Shown: in pieces, positions 1 to 7,808 of the stretch
How positions within the stretch are numbered: the stretch's first letter is position 1
Layout of the letters: each line of letters opens with the position of its first letter
Source of the DNA: a virus
Lineage: Duplodnaviria > Caudoviricetes
Virus record (IMG/VR): IMGVR_UViG_3300025288_000006
Coordinates: 1-37,717 of that record
Strand: one strand, 5' to 3'
DNA: 37,717 nucleotides
The notes under the pieces: generated by a model
The model's input: the letters and a program-made list of their open reading frames with translations, nothing else
Databases searched by the model: none
What the model was told of the DNA's origin: nothing
Program-made: the position numbers and the translations under genes

Positions 1-127
1 AAGCTGGCACGGCCGCCGTCTGCCTTGCGGTTCAACCCGAAGACCTGGTGCCAGGACCGGCGGGCCGAGCACCCGGCAATGGTGGCCGCACTGTTCCGCC
101 TTGGCGATCCGGCCCTCGTGGCCGCGC
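1..127. repeat. Terminal 127-bp overlap identical to 37591-37717 (circular contig)
   Basis: aagctggcac...gccgcgc occurs at both ends, and the primase ORF reads in frame across the join. Confidence 0.97.
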
Positions 128-594
128 ACCGGACTTACATCGCCCCGCACGGTGGCGGGTGGGGCAAGGCCGATGTGCCAAAGCCGCGCTCTATCCTGGG
201 AAGCTGGCCGGGTGCTGTGATCCCGATCCAGCGGGGCGAGACGGATGCACGATGGAAGGACATTGCCGAGGGGGGGGTTGTGGCCTTCGGCGAGGGGATC
301 GAAGAGGCGTTGTCGATCGCCCTGGTCAAACCTGAGTGGCGTGTGGGGGCGGTCGGGTTCGTCGGCAACTTCGGCCAGGTGGCCTTGCCGGTCTGGTGCC
401 ACGTCATGCTGTGCATCAACAATGACCCGCCGGGCAGTGAGGCCGAGCGCGCGATCTTCGGCGATCCTGACAAGAACCGGCCCGGTGCGGTGCGCACGCT
501 TGAAGAGGCCGGGCATGTGGTGCGCGTGCTGCGGCCGCCGACTGACTTCAAAGACTGGAATGACCTTTTGACGGGGAAGAAACGCGGTGCGTGA
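1..594 (+). CDS. DNA primase, C-terminal TOPRIM part (gene starts at 37066 and wraps the join; about 372 aa in total)
   Basis: TOPRIM-like GEGIEEALS, INNDPPG and KDWND motifs; open frame continuous from 37066. Confidence 0.85.
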   Translation, partial: KLARPPSALRFNPKTWCQDRRAEHPAMVAALFRLGDPALVAAHRTYIAPHGGGWGKADVPKPRSILGSWPGAVIPIQRGETDARWKDIAEGGVVAFGEGIEEALSIALVKPEWRVGAVGFVGNFGQVALPVWCHVMLCINNDPPGSEAERAIFGDPDKNRPGAVRTLEEAGHVVRVLRPPTDFKDWNDLLTGKKRGA

Positions 595-2554
595 TGATGA
601 TGATTTCAGCGACGGTGAAGCGGCGGTTTCCGATGCCTTGCGGGCACAGCTAGAGGCCGATGGCAAGGTGGCGCCGATCGGCCGCGCCGCGCCCCCGCCG
701 GAAGAGCGCCAGGACACGACAGCCTTTGTCGATGGGGCCGGGCGCTTCATCGAAAAGGGCCAGCCGACAATCGCCGCCTTGCCGCCTGATGCGCCGGTGC
801 GGGCGCTCGGCACCTTCGGGAACAAGGTTTATTTCCTGGACGCGCATAGCCAGCTCCGCGAGCTGGCGGCAAAGGACGTGTCGCGCACCATGATCCTGCA
901 CCTGTTCGGCAGTCAGGTGGATTGGATTTACAAGCTATGGCCGACACTCAAGAAGGTGCCCGCAAAAGATATCTGGATTGTCACCGGATGGGACGGAACC
1001 AAGGCGCAGGAAAGCCTGATGACGGCATGCGCGCACCGGGGTGTCTGGCGTCCGCAGGACCATGTTCGCGGCCTGGGCTCGTGGAGCTCCGGGGATAACC
1101 TGATCGTGCATGCGGGCACGCGGCTCTTTTCCAGCTCGGGCAAGACCCGCAGGCCGGGGCTCATCGGCGATATGGTCTATCCGGCCGCGCCGCATGGGCT
1201 GGCCCCGGCTGAGAAGGGTGACGGCATGATTGCGGCCGAGGAATTGCTGCTCCATCTGAAATCGTGGAATTGGGCGCGCGACTATGACGCGCTGCTTTTG
1301 TTCGGCTGGATCATATCGAGCATGATGGCGGGGGCCTTGAAGGTCAGGCCGCTGGCTTGGGTGACGGGCGAGAAAGGCACCGGCAAATCCGCCCTGGTGG
1401 GGGAGGATGGTGTCATTCACAAGATCTTCGGCTCGGGCATTCTGATGACGGCAAACACCACGGCCGCCGGTCTTTACCAAAAGATCGGCTATGACAGCTT
1501 GCCGGTTGCGGTGGATGAGATCGAGGCCAAGCGCGGCAACCAGAAGACCGAGGCCGTGATCGAGCTCGCGCGCCAAGCCTATTCGGGGGGCATGGTGCTA
1601 CGGGGCGGCGCTGACCATGAGGGCAAAGAGTTTCGGGCCATGTGTCCGGTGCTCTTCGGCTCCATCCTGATCCCGCCCTTGATGCCGCAAGACTTGTCGC
1701 GCCTGGCGCTCCTGAACCTGCGGCCGTTCCCGGCCGATGCGAAAGAGCCGGTGATGGAAGACGGCCGCCTTGCCGAGATCGGCCGCATCCTTTTGCGCAC
1801 GCTCCTGGACCGCTGGAAGGATTGGCCGGCACGCTTTGCCCTGTGGCACGATTACCTTCGCTCGATCGGTCATTCGGGCCGCGCCTCTGACCAGTTCGGA
1901 ACGCTCCTGGCCGCTGCTGATCTTGTGCTTCATCCAGTCGAGCCAACCCAAGAGGATATGGCGCGGGTGGCCGCCGGAATGAAGCCGCAGGACTTGCACG
2001 AAACCCAAGTCGAAAGCTCCAACGCCGCGATGTGCGTGGGCTATGCCATGTCGCGGCCTTTGAGCTCGATGCGCGGCGGTGAGAACATGATGGTGTCCGA
2101 GCTGATCACCTGTGCGGTGCGGCGCTTCGGCGGGGAAATGGAAAGCCCGGTGAGCCCGTTGAACGCAACGCGATACCTGGAACGCGCGGGCGTTTCGGTG
2201 GTGGGGGTCAAGGTGCTGCCGCCCGATGGCAGGTTGAGCATAACCAAGACAAGCCGCATGGCCCCGCACGAATTGCAAAAGATGGTGGATGAGCCGGTGG
2301 TGTTTGATGAGGGCATTTTTGTGGCCTTCGCCCCCACCGGCGACGGTATCCTTGAGCTCTTCAAAAACTCGGATTGGGAGGGCGTGCCGGGCGCGCATAA
2401 CCCCTACGTCCAGGCGCTTGAGCGTGTCACCGGCGCGCGGCGCTCGCCTGAGCCGGTTCGCATCGGCGGGCAGGTTTGCAGGCCGATCCTGATCCCGATC
2501 CATGAGTGCATCGACGTGCCGACCAAAGACGAGGCGGCGCGCCCCTATGAGTGA
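587..2554 (+). CDS. Primase-associated SF3/P4-alpha-like replicative helicase
   Basis: 655 aa; Walker A GEKGTGKS and Walker B VAVDEIE; overlaps the primase stop. Confidence 0.8.
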   Translation: MRDDDDFSDGEAAVSDALRAQLEADGKVAPIGRAAPPPEERQDTTAFVDGAGRFIEKGQPTIAALPPDAPVRALGTFGNKVYFLDAHSQLRELAAKDVSRTMILHLFGSQVDWIYKLWPTLKKVPAKDIWIVTGWDGTKAQESLMTACAHRGVWRPQDHVRGLGSWSSGDNLIVHAGTRLFSSSGKTRRPGLIGDMVYPAAPHGLAPAEKGDGMIAAEELLLHLKSWNWARDYDALLLFGWIISSMMAGALKVRPLAWVTGEKGTGKSALVGEDGVIHKIFGSGILMTANTTAAGLYQKIGYDSLPVAVDEIEAKRGNQKTEAVIELARQAYSGGMVLRGGADHEGKEFRAMCPVLFGSILIPPLMPQDLSRLALLNLRPFPADAKEPVMEDGRLAEIGRILLRTLLDRWKDWPARFALWHDYLRSIGHSGRASDQFGTLLAAADLVLHPVEPTQEDMARVAAGMKPQDLHETQVESSNAAMCVGYAMSRPLSSMRGGENMMVSELITCAVRRFGGEMESPVSPLNATRYLERAGVSVVGVKVLPPDGRLSITKTSRMAPHELQKMVDEPVVFDEGIFVAFAPTGDGILELFKNSDWEGVPGAHNPYVQALERVTGARRSPEPVRIGGQVCRPILIPIHECIDVPTKDEAARPYE

Positions 2555-2822
2555 CGATCTGACGGCCGATGAGTTGGAGGCGCTCGATCTCATGTCGCGC
2601 CCGGTGCGCCTGATCCTCAAGCGCGCCTGGGGCAAGACAGTTCAGAGGCCGCTCTGGCTTGATGGGCCGAACATGCGCAAGGCGGCGGTGTCGGCCGAGC
2701 TCCTGACCTTGATCGAGCGGGTGCGCCCTGATGCCGTGGCGCTCACGCCTCTGGGGTTTCGCCTGGCCTTGCATTTGAGGCGCTCGGGCTGGCCGAATTG
2801 CGAGAGGCCGGGCCGGTCCTAA
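2547..2822 (+). CDS. Hypothetical protein, possible winged-helix-like (91 aa)
   Basis: ATG overlaps the helicase stop; contains an LTPLG wing-like motif. Confidence 0.55.
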   Translation: MSDDLTADELEALDLMSRPVRLILKRAWGKTVQRPLWLDGPNMRKAAVSAELLTLIERVRPDAVALTPLGFRLALHLRRSGWPNCERPGRS

Positions 2823-3058
2823 TCCTTCCAGCGATCAGGCCACGAGCTGCGCGGTGTTGCCTGCAAAAACTCTGCGCAGGCCAGCACCGCAACCGGCGGC
2901 GCATCCGTGCGTCCTTTGGGCGGCGTGAAGTATCGCCGCACCATGGATGGGTCGATTTCGAGGGCCCGCGCGACCTTCCCGCGCCAGTCAGGGCCGAGCA
3001 CGGTTCCGAAAATTTTTGCGGCGCGATCTCGTCTTAATGTCTTTTCGTCACTGTTCAT
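2819..3058 (-). CDS. Small HTH DNA-binding protein
   Basis: WRGKVARALEIDPSMVRRY fits an HTH pattern; last gene of the leftward operon. Confidence 0.7.
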   Translation of the reverse strand: MNSDEKTLRRDRAAKIFGTVLGPDWRGKVARALEIDPSMVRRYFTPPKGRTDAPPVAVLACAEFLQATPRSSWPDRWKD

Positions 3059-3141
3059 TTTTCAATTTTCCAGTATATGAGATTGTGCCCTTTGCGGGGT
3101 AGATGCGCGCAGGTTCGCAAAATCAATGCGTGTATCGGGGA

Positions 3142-3179
3142 GGGCCGGGGCTTTATGCCTCGGCCCCCTTTGCTTTCTT
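3142..3179 (+). terminator. Probable intrinsic terminator or hairpin
   Basis: GGGCCGGGG-ctttatg-CCTCGGCCC followed by T-rich ctttgctttctt on the + strand. Confidence 0.5.
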
Positions 3180-3196
3180 GCTGTATTGATAGCTTG

Positions 3197-3541
3197 TTAT
3201 CCAGTGTGTCTCTTCTCTTCGGTCAGTGCTTTGGTGAGCGCGTCTGCGGCCTCTATCACGGATGCGCGCCCGCGATAGGCAATGACCATACAGAAAAAGC
3301 GAGGCCCGATCTTGTGGAAACTGCGGGTCAGGTTGTCCTCAATAAATTCCTCAAGGGCAAAGCTAGGGCCGGTGTGGGCGATGGGTGGCGATGAGCCAAA
3401 AAAATACCAGTAATCCTCTCTGCGGCACTCGAACCATTGGCCGGGCGCTCGCGCGCGTGCAAGTAGCACTTTGAGCTCGGCGCTTGACGCCGTGCCGGTG
3501 TGTATCTGTTCCAGGATCATTTGAGTTGCTCCGTCTTGCAT
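3197..3541 (-). CDS. Hypothetical protein (114 aa, lower GC)
   Basis: ORF inside the leftward operon, aromatic-rich core (YWYFF); the start could be 3520. Confidence 0.65.
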   Translation of the reverse strand: MQDGATQMILEQIHTGTASSAELKVLLARARAPGQWFECRREDYWYFFGSSPPIAHTGPSFALEEFIEDNLTRSFHKIGPRFFCMVIAYRGRASVIEAADALTKALTEEKRHTG

Positions 3542-3572
3542 GGTTTAACCAGTAAGCGCCCGGCATTGATGA

Positions 3573-3818
3573 TCATTGTGTGGTTTTTTTGGCGAGCTCC
3601 GCTGCCAAGGCGCGCAGTTTGTGGGTGTGTTCTGTGAGATCGTCGGCCTCTGTCTTGGCCTCGCGCCGGTGGCCGATGGTGCTCAAGTTTTCCGACTGCT
3701 GGCGGCGCAGCTCGGCGCGGCGGCTGTAATGATCTATGGCCAGAGTTAGGGCGTCAGTCACCATCACGACGCGCGCAGGGGTCAGCAAAAGAGTTTTGGT
3801 TTCCTGTTGGTTCGGCAT
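3573..3818 (-). CDS. Hypothetical protein (81 aa, helical)
   Basis: GGAG RBS within the repeated leader; ATG at 3818. Confidence 0.75.
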   Translation of the reverse strand: MPNQQETKTLLLTPARVVMVTDALTLAIDHYSRRAELRRQQSENLSTIGHRREAKTEADDLTEHTHKLRALAAELAKKTTQ

Positions 3819-3896
3819 TTGAGGGGCTCCATTTTGCGGGGTTTCATGCGTGGCGCATGGGATGGGGGCGGCGCGCCGCCCCGCACCGATGCGTCA
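3819..3896 (-). repeat. Intergenic repeat copy (module A plus RBS module; GCGAAC hairpin deleted)
   Basis: TGACGCATCGGTGCGGGGCGGCGCGCCGCCCCCATCCCATGCGCCACGCATGAAACCCCGCAAAATGGAGCCCCTCAA then ATG. Confidence 0.92.
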
Positions 3897-4286
3897 CGCG
3901 CACAAGCCCCATGGGGCGGCCTCATACTCCGGTGCGGCCTTCATGCCGAGGCGTTCCAGCTTCTCGCGGATTGCATCGACCTTTTGAAAGAGCTCGCGCT
4001 GTGGCACGTCGCCCTCGCTGCACTGGTACAGCAGGCATTCAAGGCTTTTGAAAAGAACGGGCGTGGCCTCGTTGCGGTGCGTCCAGCGATAGGCCGCGAT
4101 CTCTTCGGGCGTGCCGTTCATGTCCTCGCCCCGTGCCCCATAGCGGGCGGTTACGGCATCGGCGTTCAGGGTCCAGAGGCCGCGCCCGATGGCGTTTGCC
4201 TCGTCCAGTGACATGAGAACACCGGCGCGAATGATGGCGGTCACGGCTGCGTCAACGGTATCTGATCCGACGAAAAAAGCTGACAT
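3894..4286 (-). CDS. Conserved-looking phage/plasmid hypothetical protein (130 aa, MSAFFV...LFKSLECLLYQCSE)
   Basis: GGAG RBS, ATG at 4286; its TGA is the first 3 nt of the repeat. Confidence 0.8.
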   Translation of the reverse strand: MSAFFVGSDTVDAAVTAIIRAGVLMSLDEANAIGRGLWTLNADAVTARYGARGEDMNGTPEEIAAYRWTHRNEATPVLFKSLECLLYQCSEGDVPQRELFQKVDAIREKLERLGMKAAPEYEAAPWGLCA

Positions 4287-4389
4287 TTGAGGGGCTCCAT
4301 TTTGCGGGTTGTGCCGGGTTCGCATCCGGCGGGGTGTCATGCGTGGCGCATGGGATGGGGGCGGCGTGCCGCCCCGCACCGATGCGTCA
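4287..4389 (-). repeat. Intergenic repeat copy (modules A + B + RBS)
   Basis: TGACGCATCGGTGCGGGGCGGCACGCCGCCCCCATCCCATGCGCCACGCATGACACCCCGCCGGATGCGAACCCGGCACAACCCGCAAAATGGAGCCCCTCAA then ATG. Confidence 0.93.
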
Positions 4390-5274
4390 AGCCGCGCGGG
4401 CGGTCTTGATCTCGCCCATGCGCTCGGCCAGCACCCACAGGGCGCGGTTCAGGGCGCGGTTCTGGTCGATGCCTGCAACCTCGCGGGTTGTGCTGCGGCG
4501 CACTCGCCCGTTTTCGTCCACGGTGCGCCCGCGCAACCCGCCCTTGATCGTGTTTTCCTGCACCACGTTGAAGGCGGTCCAAAGATCTGTTGCCCGGTCC
4601 TCGCTGCGGCGCGGGCGGATCAGCTCGGCGGCGCGGATCGGCGCGGCGGTGGGGGCCTCTTCGGCATAGGCTGCGGGGAAGCGCAGGACGTGCGCGGCCT
4701 CTGCCAGTGCGGCGCGCTCGTTGTCCTGCAAGGTGATGGACTGGAACCGGCGCACCTGATCCGCCACGCGGGGCGCATCGTTCAGGACGGTATAAGCGCC
4801 CTCGATCACGTCTGACACCGCATTGCCGGAATGGCGGACCTTCACCTCGTTGAATGTGTCGCCTGTCATCAGGCCATTGGCGCAGACGAACCGGAAAAAG
4901 CCGGGGATCATCTGATAAGCCGATGTTCCGTCATTGGCATTCACAAGCACAATCTCGAAAGCCTGCCCCGCATCGTTGCGGATCGAGCGGTGGCGCAGGC
5001 GCAGCATGTGCTTTGTAAACTCGGCCTTGCCTTCGATCCGGCTGCGCGCCTGCACCGCTTGGAAGGGCTCGAACCCTTCGGCGCGCAGGCCGCCCAGAAC
5101 CTGAAAGGTCGGCACGCAGACAAAGCGGGCGCTGCGGCTCTCGTGCGCCTCGTTGGCGAAGATCGACGGCACCACGGCGCGCAACTGGTCATCAGTCAGG
5201 GCCTCGCCGTTGCGGCTGGCAATGGTCGAACCGGCTTTGATGGCGCGGGAAAAGCGGGAAAAATTGTAGGACAT
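4387..5274 (-). CDS. DUF932 (DUF945)-family protein
   Basis: Motifs PSIFA..HESRS.R, FTKHMLRLR, NANDGTSAYQM.PG.FRFVCANG, DLWT.FNVVQEN and NRALW; ATG at 5274 after AAGGA. Confidence 0.88.
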   Translation of the reverse strand: MSYNFSRFSRAIKAGSTIASRNGEALTDDQLRAVVPSIFANEAHESRSARFVCVPTFQVLGGLRAEGFEPFQAVQARSRIEGKAEFTKHMLRLRHRSIRNDAGQAFEIVLVNANDGTSAYQMIPGFFRFVCANGLMTGDTFNEVKVRHSGNAVSDVIEGAYTVLNDAPRVADQVRRFQSITLQDNERAALAEAAHVLRFPAAYAEEAPTAAPIRAAELIRPRRSEDRATDLWTAFNVVQENTIKGGLRGRTVDENGRVRRSTTREVAGIDQNRALNRALWVLAERMGEIKTARAA

Positions 5275-5378
5275 GGGTTTATTCCTTTTCGCGGGGTTGT
5301 GGCGGGGTTCGCATCCGCCGGGGTTGTCATGCTTGGCGCATGGGATGGAGGCGGCGCGCGCCTCGCACCGATGCGTCA
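5275..5378 (-). repeat. Intergenic repeat copy (modules A + B)
   Basis: TGACGCATCGGTGCGAGGCGCGCGCCGCCTCCATCCCATGCGCCAAGCATGACAACCCCGGCGGATGCGAACCCCGCCACAACCCCGCGAAAAGGA...; compensatory changes relative to the other copies. Confidence 0.92.
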
Positions 5379-5540
5379 ATATCCGAGCCATGCGAGGACG
5401 GTTTGCGCGTCGTAATCCTCGCGCTCGCCGCAATCGGCTTGGAAGTCTGCCCACTCATTCGCGACCCCGTGGCGGTCGAGCTCTTGGAGGGCGCGGGCGG
5501 CGCTGATCGTGGTTTCCTCGGCGCTGTCATAATAGGTCAT
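5376..5540 (-). CDS. Small acidic protein (54 aa, ends TVLAWLGY)
   Basis: AAGGA RBS; 12 D/E versus 3 R; its stop starts the repeat. Confidence 0.78.
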   Translation of the reverse strand: MTYYDSAEETTISAARALQELDRHGVANEWADFQADCGEREDYDAQTVLAWLGY

Positions 5541-5655
5541 CTGGGTTGATCCTTGCGGGGTTGTGGCGGGGTTCGCGGGCCGCCGGGGGAAGGGTGCGCG
5601 GCCCCCTCGGGGCCGCCTGACTAAATGCCGTCGCGCCCTTGGGCGCGGCCTTAAT
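5541..5655 (-). repeat. Structured intergenic region with module B (GCGAAC hairpin) and two extra GC hairpins
   Basis: GGCGG-CCCGCGAACC-CCGCC-ACAACCCCGCAAGGA; also CGCGCCC-AA-GGGCGCG and GCGGCCCC-GAG-GGGGCCGC. Confidence 0.8.
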
Positions 5656-5799
5656 TCACCCCACGAGGGCGGCAAGCTCTGCGGCAAACTGGACGGACCA
5701 AGCGGCCCACCCTAGAGCCGCAATCTGCCCAAGGGCGGCGGCGCAAATCGGGGTGGCGAAGCCAAGGGCGAGGGCGGCGGCGAGTTTCAGGGTAGGCAT
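5656..5799 (-). CDS. Small hydrophobic or membrane peptide (47 aa)
   Basis: AGGAG RBS; MPTLKLAAALALGFA... is almost entirely hydrophobic; first gene after the promoter. Confidence 0.6.
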   Translation of the reverse strand: MPTLKLAAALALGFATPICAAALGQIAALGWAAWSVQFAAELAALVG

Positions 5800-5872
5800 T
5801 GGGAAAGCTCCTAGTTGCGGGGTGGGGCGGGTTCGCAGTCCGCCGGGGCCGGTTCGTTCTGGCCTTGCATTC

Positions 5873-5901
5873 TGTCTAGTGGCCAATGGTTACAGGGTCA
5901 A
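5873..5901 (-). promoter_or_regulatory. Sigma70-type promoter of the leftward operon
   Basis: TTGACC-17 nt-TAGACA on the minus strand; the spacer contains a TGTAAC repeat. Confidence 0.65.
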
Positions 5902-6039
5902 GCCCTTTTTTTTCACGCATCCCCGCACCCCTTTTCGCCATCCCCTCGGGCGCTGGCCGCTCGGGCCTTACATTCCCCCTTCCCCGCACCCCTTCGGGAT
6001 GATACCTATCGGGGGCAATCCCGTGGCCGCTGCCGGGGT

Positions 6040-6295
6040 GATTTGTAACAACCGGGTTCGGGATTGTTACAACTTGTAACAGAGCCAAGCGCCTGTAAAC
6101 AAAAGAGAAAACACCACTTTGTAACAATGTAACGATGTAACGTCGCGTAGCGCCCGCGATCATACGCACGCGCACGCATAGAGAGATAACCATGTAACAC
6201 TGTAACAATGTTACAAAGTGTTGTTAAGTGCAGCAATTTCAAAGACTTAGCGTTGTAACGGGTTGTAACAACCTGCGCCAACTTGTTACAGGCAC
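6040..6295. repeat. TGTAAC/GTTACA repeat cluster, candidate lytic replication origin
   Basis: About 12 copies in both orientations in an AT-rich non-coding stretch, including the palindrome TGTAACAATGTTACA at 6201-6215. Confidence 0.75.
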
Positions 6296-6435
6296 AGCTT
6301 TTCCCATTTCATATCAATGGGTTGGCATTCTGGGGGCTTTAATCAATTTTGGCGTTGCGCGGTTATGGCGCTCGGGCTTATGGTCTGCGTGTCGGTCGGG
6401 CCTTGGGGCCGGGCTGGATCGAATAAAAAAATTGG

Positions 6436-7050
6436 GTGATATTCTTGACCGGCTCGGGCGCTTCCCTTTCCCCTTCTGGCCTCGCCGCTGCGGTGCGTGA
6501 TCTGGACTTTGCCGAGACTGACGGCGAGGGGCAGGGTTCGCTTTTCGGCGCGGTGCCGCCCGATCCTGACGGGGTGGGCGAGCTGGCAGAGGCCGCGCCG
6601 GGCGAGCGCCGGGGCCGGGGTCGGCCCGCCGGGTCGCGGAACCGCAGCACGCAAGAATGGTCCCGGTTCATCCTGTCCCGGTATCGCTCGCCCCTGATCG
6701 GTCTGGCCGAGATCGCCAGCGCCACGCCTGCCGAGCTGCAAGCCGCCCTTGGCGGCCCGCCGCGCCCACCTGCCGCCGGGGGCGACGGGGCAGAGGGCGA
6801 CGGGGGCGGGGGCGTCAGCCTGCAAGCCTGCCTGTCGCTGATCATGCAGGCGCAGACCAGCCTTGCGCCCTACCTGCACCAGAAACAGCCGCTGGCCATC
6901 GACGCGGGCGGGGTCGGGATGATGACGATCATCATTCAGAAGGGCGACGGGGCGACCATGGAAGGCGCGCGGATCATGCCGGTGGATGACGCGGAAGAAA
7001 TCGAGGAAAATCAAGGGCTTGAGATTTCAGGCGGGGGCATGTCGGAATGA
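6436..7050 (+). CDS. terS: Probable terminase small subunit
   Basis: GRGRPAGSRNRST and APYLHQKQP motifs typical of TerS-like proteins; lies upstream of terL; start uncertain. Confidence 0.6.
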   Translation: MIFLTGSGASLSPSGLAAAVRDLDFAETDGEGQGSLFGAVPPDPDGVGELAEAAPGERRGRGRPAGSRNRSTQEWSRFILSRYRSPLIGLAEIASATPAELQAALGGPPRPPAAGGDGAEGDGGGGVSLQACLSLIMQAQTSLAPYLHQKQPLAIDAGGVGMMTIIIQKGDGATMEGARIMPVDDAEEIEENQGLEISGGGMSE

Positions 7051-7083
7051 TCATGTCGGAACGGACCACGCAAGCTGTTGATT
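7009..7083. promoter_or_regulatory. Two inverted IHF-consensus sites flanking a CATGTCGGAA direct repeat (candidate packaging site)
   Basis: AATCAAGGGCTTG at 7009-7021 (+) and AATCAACAGCTTG at 7071-7083 (-) match WATCAANNNNTTR; CATGTCGGAA at 7038 and 7052. Confidence 0.45.
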
Positions 7084-7350
7084 TGCAAGGACAATTGCCC
7101 TTGCTGTCGTCGTGTCAGGCAAACGACGACACCGGCCACGCCGCCAGCGCCGCCGCCGATGGCCGGGGCCTCGGTGCTGGTCGCGCCGGGCAGGCCGCAG
7201 CATCAAGGGGGGGGGCCTTCGCGGCCACCGAGCCCCCCCCCTCCCCCTCGCGCGAAGTGCCATCCCCCCTCTCTGAGACAAGAATTGGCGGCGGGGAAGG
7301 CTTCTACCCACGGGGTGCGGGGGGGTGCCACGGCCAGCGGGGGTCAGGGG

Positions 7351-7518
7351 ATGGCAGAAGGCGAGCAGGCCCATAAGCTGCGCATGATCAAGTCCCTGCC
7401 GTGCGCCGGTGAGGTTGAGGGATGGGTTGGCCTGGCGCGCGAGCGCGGTTTCTTCCCAGGCGAGAAAGCCGCCCTGGACAACCGGCTGCGGGAATTGACG
7501 ACGCGGGGGGCGCGATGA
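7351..7518 (+). CDS. Hypothetical protein (55 aa)
   Basis: ATG after GGGG; its stop overlaps the next ATG (ATGA). Confidence 0.55.
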   Translation: MAEGEQAHKLRMIKSLPCAGEVEGWVGLARERGFFPGEKAALDNRLRELTTRGAR

Positions 7519-7808
7519 GCGATCCTGTGCGTAAGCCTGCCCATTATCTCGCCCTGGGGGCCACATGCGCTTGCTGTGGCGCTGCGATCGAGTGCAAGCG
7601 CGTGACCCGGCATATGTCTTTCGAGCTCGGATCGGCGGTCAAATACATCTGGCGCTGCGATCAGAAGGGCGATGCGATCGAGAACCTGGAAAAAGCGATC
7701 GAGTGCATCACGGAAGAGATTGCGATGCGCAAGGAAGCGGCTGGCACTGGTCGAGAGCTTGCGACAGACGAGGCCCTGCATGAAATTGCGCTTGGGTGGT
7801 GGCCCTGA
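7515..7808 (+). CDS. DUF3310-family protein (T7 gp1.7/SaV-like)
   Basis: DPV.KPAHY...IEC...F.LG.AVKYIWR...KG..IENLEKA motif. Confidence 0.8.
   Translation: MSDPVRKPAHYLALGATCACCGAAIECKRVTRHMSFELGSAVKYIWRCDQKGDAIENLEKAIECITEEIAMRKEAAGTGRELATDEALHEIALGWWP

Noticed and set aside
3819-4310. CCCGCAAAATGGAGC in two leaders as copies of the ACTCCA-N3-TGGAGT operator
   Set aside because: Only the right half matches, and it is explained by the GGAG Shine-Dalgarno sequence.
4300-5850. GCGAAC hairpins as N4-type virion RNA polymerase promoters
   Set aside because: The loops are not 3-nt GNA loops in tight stems, and no RNA polymerase gene is present.
3819-5860. Repeats as a CRISPR array or canonical integron attC sites
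   Set aside because: The spacers are whole genes of variable length and there are no cas genes. The RYYYAAC/GTTRRRY attC cores are absent, so only a structural analogy is kept.
5876-6500. ORFs across the TGTAAC region
   Set aside because: Repeat-derived, atypical composition and no RBS; the region is better explained as non-coding.
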